From Raillietiella orientalis (taxonomy: Eukaryota), in NCBI GenBank assembly GCA_036172245.1, contig JAYWIR010000057.1:744001-808000 (forward strand): DNA of 64,000 nucleotides, written 5' to 3'. Below, in pieces: positions 39,600-50,644 of this stretch. Below the pieces are notes generated by a model. That model had not been told where the DNA came from. It ran no database searches and worked only from the letters and a program-made list of their open reading frames with translations. Every line of letters starts with the position of its first letter. Position 1 is the first letter of the stretch. The position numbers were made by a program, and so were the translations under genes.

Positions 39600-42500
39600 T
39601 AAAAGAAAGCGAATGGGTTGAGAATTGATCATTCGAAAATTTTTCGAATTTCAGCACTGCAGCGTTTCAAAATCATTCCATTTTCGGTTTTGCGCTTACA
39701 CTATCACTGTAATGTTTTCCCGAGGCACTTCTACGGGATTCTCGATTTCCACCGCTCCCATTCTCTACGCATTTGTTCTTCTAAAAACGCACTTGATCGA
39801 ACTGTGCTGCGAAGATCACCTTAAAAGGTGCAGTGGCGTTTCCAAGCGGAAAGTCCAGAAAACCAGAAGTGTGGAGTCCGAGCACCGCCATTATAGTCGG
39901 TTGGTGCATTGGAATCGGTCCGACGTGTGGCCAATCTTATGACCACGGCTGCATCCGAGCATCAGTTGGGGTTTTCTCATGTATTTCCTTGTCAAAGAGT
40001 GGCAGAAAACCCCTCGTGCTGCAAACTGTGCCACTGGAACACGAAAGGCGAGCTGCGCGTCAGAACTTTCCAGCAGCGGCAGAAGGCAGCAGAAGCCCTC
40101 TGCCGTGTTGGCGTCCAATTGACAATCTTTTGATATGCAAGCATGTGCTTGAAATAATATTCATCGGCATATCATATGCACCTTTCAATTTTGAGGTGGA
40201 CTGCACATTCTTCGAAATGTACAGGTGCAATCTGTACATAGCAGAAGCCTTGCTTTAGCAAACACATGCTGATACCTTCTGCGTTGCTAATCAGCACCTT
40301 CACACCGAGTGGATTTACGGAACGGTTGAGAAGGCTTCTTCCATGAAATGTTTCAAAAAGCAAACTGGTGGGACTTGTAATATAGGATTGAAAGCTTGTT
40401 TGTATGTTCCAAATCAGAATCTACTCAGGAAGCGGGATCATCGCCAGTAGGTTTTTTATTAGTTGAACATTTCATGAATGTAGAAAGAGGAATGGATTTG
40501 CGACTTGAACATACAGGATCGATTGGATTGCGCACCTTTGCAAAGCTCCCCAGAAAGTGAGAAACAAAGTGGCAAAAAGAATACAGAATCCATAGAAAAC
40601 ATTCGGAACAGCGGCTCGTGCATCGCCACAAGTACCATTTCATTGCAGACATCAGGGAGTAAAGGAGAAAGAAGTCAGTTTACCGGTGTGACGATAGAAT
40701 GGAAGATGGAGATACCTTCAATGACATGAAGGCTATCTCAAAAGCGGCGATAGCACTTGGCATGTGAAAACTGTCTTCGATGAGAGTCATGGACCTAGTC
40801 ACATGACCGATGAGAAGTTGAGCAAAGAAAAACGGTGGAGTTTCAAAAACCTGAAACAAAAAAGTACACTTTGGGTATTTCACAGGCATATTGGTACGCT
40901 GATGCCGATATGTGTTGATCATTGTGCACATGTATGTACTGTATTTGTATTGATGTGAGCATGTGTATAGTGATATCCTTGCATGTATATTGATATTTGC
41001 GATGCCAGTGCTCTTGTAAAGAATGAATTTGTGAACAAAACTTTCATTCTCAAAGAGTGGTAAGAATCCATTGCATTCATTCGACGTCCTCAATCTCGCA
41101 TGGAGACTACTCTTCGCGACCCAATGCGCGGTGTAAAGATTTGCGAGGCGAGTGGACATTCTTTGGGAGCCTTTCAACGGAAAGCATAAGAAATTCGAAC
41201 TCGCTTACCATTATGAAGTGTACTCCTTCTAAAAGAAGGATTTCTTACTCGTCTCCATGGCGTCGCGGTTGTAGAGAAGAAAACAATTTTTTTTTGTCAC
41301 GCTCTGCTATCATTCCTTTTTTGCGACTGAAACGATTCCATAGAGTTCCGCCTTGTTGATGACGGCGCTGAAAATGACCTCGCCATTTCAGTGCTCGGGA
41401 GAGGCTGAAAATGAAAGCTGTGTGTACGGCTTTGGTCTTTGGTCGCGATTGCATAGGGTTGTTTTCGCTACAAGGATCCAGATATAGTTAGCAAAACGCG
41501 ACCAGAATGCTAGAGGCACAGGAAATGCTCCATTGCATGGGATGAATCAGATGTACCTTTTGCTTATCGCAGTGCAAGGGCAACATCTGGCTTCTGGAGC
41601 GTCCGCCGAAAGTGCCACGCTCGCACGGGTCCACCAAGTGGCAATAGCGGCCACGAAAGACGAGCAGGCAGCATGGTTTGAGAGGAAGATGAAAATCGGA
41701 GAGCCCGTCTAAGGAAGCGGAACTTTCCCTGTCGTTCGCATGTCTGCCTCCATCTCATCGTTGCACACACTCTGCAGTGCATCCGTCCTGCGTGCGGAGC
41801 GAAGAGGCGCATGCGCAGCTGAGCAATGCGAGGGGTGCGATGGAAGCGGAAGCCTGTGCACAGCACCACTGCTTGCGTGCACCAGCACGCGTGAGCGCTG
41901 AATCCTCCGATGCAGTCTTCATTCCCTGCCAGCTCCCATTGCGCTATCCGAAGCGATTCTTTTTTCGGGAACGCAGTCGAGACGGTATGCGGGAACGCAT
42001 TGCTGCAACGCTATCTTCGAGTAGTGGGGCAAGCATGCTCTTCCCATGGATCAACATGGAATTGGTGCGAAGAAGGAGATGGCGATCTCTTACTTTTCTC
42101 GTTGGTGCTTCCAATCCTTCGGCACATGCCAACGCATATCGCGTGATGGTTGAGCCAGAGAGCAGCTGGAGAGCTCATACGGTTTCGAAGCACTTCACAT
42201 GCTTCGTGTGAGTAAGCTTTTTCACACTCTCCAGCATGAGTGAGCCTTCAGAGGAGGCAGAACATAAAGCAAAAGACAAGCAGAGGTAACAGTGGACATT
42301 GGGAAGAGCGAACCAATAATCGATTTCGAATCCACTGCCTTAGTTATTTTTATCAGAAACTTGCTTGCGCAGATTTAGAACGCAGCATCAATTTGGTTGC
42401 ATTGAATTCTCTGAAATGTTATCGTCACGCGAAGCTTATTGAACTTGAGGCACAAAAGATTGGGGCATTTAGGAAGTGTGCAATCAGGGGAAGGCAGGAA

Positions 42501-42830
42501 GGGAAATGTCCTGTAGACAACATAGGCAGTCCATTACCTCTTTGTGAAGATTCCTTGATTGATTTCCATATCTGTGCGTGTTACGCCTAATTTGGATACA
42601 GAAACGTTGTTTTAAACTTATTCCGGTGTTGCTTTTATCAGAATTAACAAGATATTCGTGCCGAATTCATCCATTGCTGCTCTAATTCCACCCGTATTTT
42701 GAGCTGAATTGAATATACATAATCAGCTTGCATAGCTTGTGACGTCCGTTATTCCAGCTCATGCTTTAAATGTTTGTGTGCAATGAAAAGTTGCTGTGAA
42801 ATTAAACTTTTTGTGACTGGACATTGGGTT
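39600..42830 (+). mobile_element. Possible decayed hAT (ZnF-TTF/ZMYM1-like) transposase
   Basis: WGFLMY../SCCKLC near 40000 and RRQNIKQK...RFRIHCLSYFYQKLACADLERS near 42300 resemble the TTF finger and the late hAT catalytic-domain consensus. Very degenerate. Confidence 0.33.
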
Positions 42831-44689
42831 AGCGGTCTTGCGTAGAAATGCACATCTTGAAGCGCACCGGAAGCACCGGAAGAGCGAAGGTTGGCTCATG
42901 CGCTTGCCTGTGGAAGTCGTTGCGGAACGGATGTGCATGGGAGCTCCTCCGTTATCATTCCAGAACCGAATTCGAGGTGAAGTGGATGATGGAAAGGTGA
43001 AGTGCGAGCGTAAGCTGCAGAGTGTAAGCTCCTGCAACTTTCGATTTGGAAACCGTGAAGAAATGTGGCTGCGGACAAAAGTTGTGGCTGAAGGTTGTGT
43101 GGATGCTGGAGTCGTAACGTGGCAAAGCATGGAAGCATTCGAATTGTTAATAGGGTGATGTTCGATGTCTGAAGAAAGGCGCGGTTAGCAGTGCTCAGTA
43201 GATGGCAAAGTAAACAGTTTTTTTTTTCTTTTGTAAGTTTCTGTGTGAATCTGGAAAGAAGGGAGTGCCGGAATTCTTGTGGTTTCCCTTAAAGTAATAT
43301 GGAATAAAGGAAGGAGTTAAAGCGAGCAGTCACATGGAATGTCGCTGTTTTGCAGTCATGGAAACGCAAGAAATTGGGAATTACCGAATTTGTGAAGTGC
43401 GTCTTGCGTTGGTTTCTCCTAGCACCTTTGCTGTGCCCTAGCACGTTTTGCCTTTCGTTTTGCTGGCTGATTCTTGAAAGAAGAGCCCTTGGATGGAAAA
43501 AGAAGAGGTGAGTCTTAAGGTTTTGATTCTTTTGATTAGATGGTTCAGTAAGACTTGGGCAGGTAATGGATTTCAGTAGGAGAGGTTGTGGAAATGCTAG
43601 AATTGTTTTTGCAGCACTGTGAAAGTATTGAGAGTTGCACGGTTTTTGCTCATCCCATGCTTTGTGACAGCAGGGTTCGCTGTGTTTATGAGATGTGCAG
43701 TACAGGGATGTGCATTTGGCCGAACTGCTTTGTAATGCACACTTATCCAGACACAGGGTTGGGTAACCATGCATGTTGCTTGGTGAAAGCGACATCTGGT
43801 GTTGCAGTGTCTCCAGGAAAGATTCATGTGAGATGACATCCTGTTTGATGTGAGGGCTGCTTGGACATGATACGGAAATGTCGGGTGCGCTTCTATTTCC
43901 TTTTGCGTGGAAAGCGCTCTTGAAAAGAGTATGCATTTAGAACAAGCCCCACAAAGTGCAAAGTTGGCAACGGTTAGGGAAATGGTGAGTGCTGTGGTTG
44001 TGCACTGTTCACTTGGAAGTTCACCTAAAGGTTATCTGTGTTTGCTGTCTTTTAAAGTTGCAGTTCCGAATCGGAATGGGTCAGGGTAATCAGTTCATAA
44101 TCAGTTCCCTGAGAAGAGATAAGGAAGTGTCTTGCTTCATTGCCTTAGATGATGTCTGGTGGCTGAGGGTGTCAAGTGGAAGGTGACGTGGATAATGACT
44201 GGTGTGTAGTGTAGTAGGAATTGTATCCAAGAACTGCTGGGAAAGGTGAATTACGTATTGAATGGTTTCTAGCATGGATGAGGGGATGTGCAAGTGTTGG
44301 CCTCGAGTACTTTACTCCAAATTCCACAATAATATAATAAATAATTTGAGTGGTGAGTTAACTGTCAGTGCCAGCTATGAAAATGTAACATTGATGAAGT
44401 ATATGTCTGGTCAGGATATACCTGATGATTTTGAGGCACATTGTCAGTCTGCAGTATGTCCAGACACAGGAGTTCTGAAAGCAGGAATGTTGGTGTACCA
44501 TGTGAAAAAGAAATATTTTTTGTTTAGAGGAAGCAGAGATGCAGCTAGGCAGGCTAATGCGACTTGGAGAGCTGCAGGTGCTGTGCTAATAAAAAGAAGT
44601 TGATTAATTTAGTTGTCTTTATTACTTTCTATTGGTTTGACATATAGGATAATGTTGCCATCATTCTCCATAATGAAGGAGGTTTCTTT

Positions 44690-45602
44690 CTGCTGGAGCT
44701 AGTTATATTGATGATCTTCGATCGATCAGTGCTTAGTTTGATGTAGTCTGGTTCCCAGTTGGCCGTAACTAGGACGTGTGGAGTGTCGAAGTATCTTATT
44801 GATATTTAGGATCAAAGATGATTTCGTTTTTCAAGCACTCAATGAAGCCGTATTGAATGGTTTTGTGGTTGTCTCTTGTAAAGTCAATGACTATTATGGG
44901 CTCTCCATTATGGGCTGCGTTGCTCTTGTTGCAACTTTCTAGATAAATTGCGTTACGTCTGAGAAAGAGATATTTTGTCAACGTAGGCTTGCCCCGTTTC
45001 CTCGTTCGTTCAGGATCCAGTATATTTCTCGGTGATGTGGTGGTTTGGAGAGTATATTCAGAACTTGGTGTTGCCACTGCCGTAACTGTAGAATCGCCAT
45101 TGGGTTCGGGAAGTGCTTCGCTCTGTAGAGGCCAAAGCACTCCTTGATGAACTGAATGTCCCTTGAATAAAATTTTGTATAATTTTCCAAGATAAAATTT
45201 TCTGATTTGTCGGATTGTATGAGGCGAAGTATCTGGACGAAAGAGATGTTACTAATGCGAGTGTATTGCTTTCTTACCCGGCGTTCGTAATTGTCGTTAG
45301 GGTTTTGGTCGAGTGTTGCATGAGTGCATATCTTTTTCACAATATTGAAGGTTAGCGTTGGCTAAACCTCTTGCGTGCTCCAAGTGAGAGCGCTTGAGCT
45401 GCGGTCTTCGCACTTGCGGCAGCATGAGAGGTTCATGCAATTGCATGCATCCTTGCTGGTGATGCGTATCGGTAGTGGTTGCTTTCTTCGCGATGATTGC
45501 GAAGGTTGCGTGTTGTTTGCACCACTGCTTGACGCGAGTGAGTTCATCTTCTGTCCAGTTGTGTATGGCGAAGCACCAGTTTGGGTAACGTGCGTAAAGC
45601 AT
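44690..45602 (-). pseudogene. rep: Endogenous CRESS-DNA virus Rep, copy 1 (HUH endonuclease plus SF3 helicase), frameshifted
   Basis: RCR motif I WCFAIHN, motif II HQQG, motif III YCEK. Walker A region EIYW..ERGNG/GKPTLTKYL, Walker B IIVIDFTR, then YGFIECLKN and motif C PHVLVTANWEPDYIKLSTDR, spread over several frames. Confidence 0.9.
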
Positions 45603-45668
45603 GCTTTTTGCGTACTACTGAAAAGCATGGTGTGCATGGTGAGTATTTATCAAATTTTCGGTGGCCAG

Positions 45669-45692
45669 GTGGTTATCAGTATTGTTATCCAC
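45669..45692 (+). promoter_or_regulatory. Degenerate CRESS origin-like hairpin upstream of Rep copy 1
   Basis: Stem GTGGTTA / TATCCAC (6 of 7 pairs) around a 10-nt loop TCAGTATTGT. The loop resembles TCAGTATTAC and the loop at 55518. It lies 67 nt upstream of the Rep ATG. Confidence 0.5.
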
Positions 45693-45719
45693 AGCTTAGT
45701 ACATGTGGCAAGTTGATTG

Positions 45720-47960
45720 GAGTAGAATTCACTCCTCTTGCATTCGAATTGCAGTCCCCATATAAGGTCATTGGTGTGTGGTGTTATGGTGGTTCACTTC
45801 AAGTCCAGGAAGCTTTCATTGGTAAAAGAATATGCTATTGATCCTTTGATGCTGTTTTCCTTACAGGCTATCCTGTAAGGAATTTGGTTTAGCAGGTTGC
45901 GCATCGAGTTATTTACTTGTAGATGGCCATGGGCCTGGGGTTTTCGTGACTTGCATGCTGCTGAACGTTGGGCAACTATGCATCAAGTGATCATACCATA
46001 GCAACTCCTCAGTTGAAGCAGCAATGTTGTGCAATGTGTAGGTTGTGGGAAATTTCGAGGGCTGCTGAAAGTGGAGTTCAGTTGTGCGCATCGTAGCTCG
46101 AATCTGAGCTTGTCGACACCCAAATACGTAGGTTGTTAATGGATCCCTTGATTCCTAGCTCCTGTGTTGAATGTGTAAGTGCAGAATCCACATTTTGCTA
46201 TTTTGAGCGTTGCGATGCTTTGCTAGAAAAGTGGAGGTGATTGATTGCCTTGGGCGCTGATTGAAATTCGTAGCCTTTGCTAACGTGAAGTGTCGGTCTT
46301 AGACGGTGAGAAGTGCACGTGCATTGTTAGTCACCGAAATGAATTTGTAGAGGTATAGGAATCGATGGCGGCTTTGGAAATATCTCGGCAACAAACATGC
46401 GTTGTATGGTGGTCGAATGCAGCACTTGAGGTTCCTGGAAATATCTGGTCGTAACACGATGAAGGCGGAAGAAAAGCGTTATGTTTGGTCGAACAATTCC
46501 AGTCTGCTTTGAAATAGGGGGTAGAATGAGTGCTTTTCGTTCGCCGGTTGGGATCTGGCTGGAAGGAATGTTGCCCAGTGGGGAAGCGTTCCGTAACATA
46601 AAATATGTGTTTAGTTTGTTACAGAATGCTGTGTTGGAATCTGCAAGTTAGAGCGGAGTGATTAAATACGGAAAATACGCAAAGGTGGGTAAAGAAGGTG
46701 TTATGTACTGCTTGAAGAAATCAGGAGTATATCTAGGAGCAAAGTTCTTTCATTGTTCATGTGATCAGCTCGATTCAGTTTTGGGCTGCGTCCTTTTGAG
46801 GGGAATAGGTACTAGAACAGCACATCGACAACTATCGTGAAGCCTGGTGCTTTGTGTGCTGTTATAATGTTTGCATATTTCCCTAGCTGCTTTCACCGCC
46901 CCACGTAGATTTCTCGTTTTCTGTTCTGATGAAATGAGGTTGTCTATAATACCTCGGAAAGCGGTGGACCAGGATGTGCGCACGCAGAGGACTGTTGATG
47001 AAAATTTCATAACTATTTTTGTTTAGATCTGACTATTTTTGTGGAGAGTTTCCAAAGAATCCTAAACGATACTGTGCTATTTAGAATATTGGTGAGAAGG
47101 AGCTTTGTGTCGTGGTATAGAGCATCGACCAAGCTGTGCTAGGTTTAAGGATTTTCGTGTCGTCATTCCAGAAACCTGGGTCGCTCATTGCCGCCGTTGG
47201 AATATTTGGATAGAATGCAATTTGCGAAAAAATATTTCGAGTCTGAAAAAGGAGTGAAATCGTGGCTGCGTAAAAAGATTTGGTGACAAGGTGTAGAGCT
47301 AAGCAATGTATCATTCATGGTTAGGTTTCTCACGTGGCAGTTCGAATGGCAAGTGAGAAAAAGAACAACTTATTGTAACGAAGGTGATAGATCGAGTGGA
47401 GCCTAAGCAAGGTTGTTCAGACGCTGAGTGACTTCTATGGATGCAGACCCAGGTTCGACAGGTCGCCTGTAATGTGTAGAGAAGTGGCAGAGGTGTTAGC
47501 CGCGAAGATAGGCAATAAACATATTTTGGATTGTAGATCTGCGCTGCATCCGGATGTAGCGTGCAGAATTGGGTATAGAATCTTGAGAAGCTTGTATGGT
47601 GAAACCGCAGCCACGATGTGTTGAGTTGGTGTGCTAATGATATCACAGTATCCTTATCTGTTAAAAGTATAGGCTCATTGTTTTTGTAACAGTGTTCGGT
47701 CGGATGGTAGGAGTATGTATGCAACTCCTCGGGTGGTAGTGGTTCGAACGATGGAAGGTGGTTCTCAGGCTGTTCGTCTAAAGTGTCCTCGATTTGACAC
47801 TGCTGGTGGCATGGAGGTGAAAGTGAATACTAGGGGTTTGAGTTATTTGGTGAGGCATGTTGCCGGCTTTACCGTCCCAAAGTCGTGGAGAGTTGATGAA
47901 TCAGTGGCTAAAGGGCTTCTGAAAACAAAAAGGCTAGACGATGGAGGGTTCATCGAAAGT
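45720..47960 (-). pseudogene. Heavily decayed coding relic, possibly a negative-strand RNA virus L (RdRp) segment
   Basis: A/C-rich minus strand like the flanking EVEs. Broken frames give weak hints of L features: FxSExL..FIN..DGK near 47900, LLPIF.(G)LTPLP near 47500, and KIVRS near 47030. Many stops and frameshifts. Confidence 0.3.
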
Positions 47961-48079
47961 TAAATTTTTTGTTTAAAGTAACTAGAAATTTTAATTGGCA
48001 ATAAAACTGTTTATGATCATTGGGATGGTAGGTCTAGTTTGTCGTCGGGAAGTCTTCCTTTGGTTTTCTTGTTTGTTTT

Positions 48080-48821
48080 CTAATGTGGGCGATGAGTCCC
48101 AGCAGGAGGGGACTGAAATCTCATCAAGGCATCCTGCGAGATTGTGACAGGTTTAGGGGGTGCACCAACTGTTCCTATCCCGAAGGATTCCAATATGCCT
48201 CGCATCTCTGCTAGTTCCAAAATTCGGAGGGTGCTACAATAATGCCCTAAGGTGTAGGCTATCTCCATACCTCGCCCATCCGACATAGTGACTTTGTCGA
48301 ACAGAGCTTTTCACACTTTGAGCGGAAAACCAGCTCCTTTGGTTTGATCTTTACGCACGTCCACATGGTGATTCGTCAACCACCATGAGACTTTTGTCGC
48401 AATCACTAGAACCATACAGTTCACTGCTGTTTGTTTATTGATTTGTGCCAAGCCTCCTGTACTTTGTGCGTTTGTCATCTCGTCTATCCCCAGTTGGGCG
48501 CCAATCTCCATCGGGCACCAAGTGCTGGTTAATTTTTCGGTATCTTATCATGTCATATGTGAATAGCGCATATATACCGTTTATCATAAGAGTGAGTGCT
48601 GCATCTTTCCAATACTTGGACTGGTATAACCAGCCAATAGCGGAAGCTGCAACGTTTTTCATGAACGCACTTTGGTTGGTAGGCAGGTATACGGGTGAGT
48701 TTTTTGTCTTCTGGCAACGCAATGTCCGTGTCAGTTGTCAGACCGAGCTCGATAGCTCTGGCAAAGCTGCCGAGAATCGGTCGTAATTGGTTTCAGCTTC
48801 TTGCTCAAACTGGTCAGCCAT
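48080..48821 (-). pseudogene. Endogenous negative-strand RNA virus nucleoprotein-like gene, copy 1 (qinvirus-like), 3'-truncated
   Basis: Frameshifted, intronless frames: AIGWLYQSKYWKDAALTLMINGIYALFTYDMIRY, NCMVLVIATKVSWWLTNHH, AYTLGHYCSTLRIL, DALMRFQSPPAGTHR. Paralogous to 56982-58020. The family call rests on recalled TNHHxG / GHxxST / PAGT motifs. Confidence 0.65.
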
Positions 48822-50644
48822 ATCGAGCAATTACTGCCTCAGGTCACTTTCAATTAAACACCTGTCAGAGTAAAAGGCATTAGTATGAAGATTGTTATGA
48901 ACCCCAATTGGTTTCCCCTCTTATGACTGGTTTTAGGATAGATGATAGGAACCCGCTAGATGGATACTGCAAATAATGTTTTGTTGAAATAATGTTTTGG
49001 TGGATAGGAGCAATATGAACAGCTGTTTAGTCCACTGCTTGGTACTAGTAGTCAAACGTGAAACTTGATTATGAGTAAATGCCGTTGACTCAGCTGTGAG
49101 ATTGCAATCAACATCAACATTTTCTCCATCAGCATTACGAGTGTGCATAACACCATACAGAAACAGACTGTACAGTTCATGGAGGCACAGTAGTTCCATT
49201 TCATCTAAATGGTACTGGGTAAACGTTGCTTATGTAGCTGGACTGGCATCAACACTTATATGTCGCTTCAGGTACTACTCAATGGGTTTTTAGATAAGCA
49301 ATAGCTGTTCATAGATAGCAAGGCATGTGACTAAATTCAGTGTTCGTGAGAACCAACAAAAAACTGGAATAGTTTCCCATACTGGAAATTAAAAAAAGTA
49401 AACTTTGTTTGGATTATTTACAGGATTTTATTTTGCTTTTACGGGATGTAGAACTACATCTCTTTAATGTACAATATCAGCGGCTTGTACTTTTGATTCC
49501 AGATTTATAAAATAATTTGTTCTTATTGTGTTGAGTAATGAAGTGAACAATCCAAATGTCAGACGACATCTTGTAGTTCGGGTCTGTATTTGCGAATACC
49601 ATGAGATGAGGTGGATTATAAAGCTTTACGTGCCCTTGTTATTTTATAGAGCATATACCATTTTTTATGGTTCCAATAAGTCAATAGTTTACTGTTTCTT
49701 GCGTCGCCTTTAGTCAAGTCTATGATGATGTTTTTTACGATGTTCATGAAGGATGAGTCTGCTTTCTTGCAGTTAGGTAGATCGCATCGTAGTTTATGTA
49801 GATGTGTTTTACAATAATGGTTGTTCCGCTGTTTTCCTGGTAGTCAGCGTACCAATGCATATCACGGTGGTTTGGTTCTTTGCATCGATGTGAGCACAAG
49901 AATACGTTGATTCTGATAGTGTTCCATCGTGATGATACCCATTTCGACGAACAATTGAACCACTAACCTCTCATCGAACTGGAATAGGCTAGCCATGTTT
50001 TCTGGAGTATTCTTGTTAGGTCAATTATAGGTTTTGTACACTAATATCTTGTAGGTGTTGAGTCCTACAGGCTGCTCTGCTATTGGTTGGATGTTTCGAT
50101 GAACCAGAGAGGGAAAGGTGGTATTATAGGGTGAAATGGGGAACACTACTTAGGTCTTGTGTTAGACGTTTTTCAATTTAGCAAGTACACCAGGAGCTTT
50201 CGCGCAGCACTAAGGCGCTGTATCTGCACATTCTGATGCTCCCGCTTATGCAAGGATGCAGGCAATTCCTGTTTGCGACGCTAGCAGGAATTTGCTGCGC
50301 CGAAAGCATTTTCGGCGCAGCAAATGTAGTTAGAAGTTGGAGTTTGTTATGGAGAGGTTGAGCATGCCAATGATAACAGGTGCACGTTTCCGGGCTGCTG
50401 GTTATCTTGTATCGGGTTCTAAATTCCGTACGTTTCACAGAAGTAGATGATTTCATAAGTGACTGCCCCAGGACTGCTTGCTAAGCGACCTGTCAGATTC
50501 GTCTCCCTGTTTCGTAGTTCAGTAGCACAGTCTTCAGTCGGACAAGGTATGGATGTCAGGCCGCTAATGTCAGGGCAGTAGGTAAACCCTCTGCTGTGAC
50601 ATTAGGGGCTATAGCGTTGACAATGAATACAACCCGGGCCAGAT

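Noticed and set aside
48933..49320. Possible hAT transposase or viral fragment
   Set aside because: Only a weak helical pattern with several stops; it cannot be assigned.
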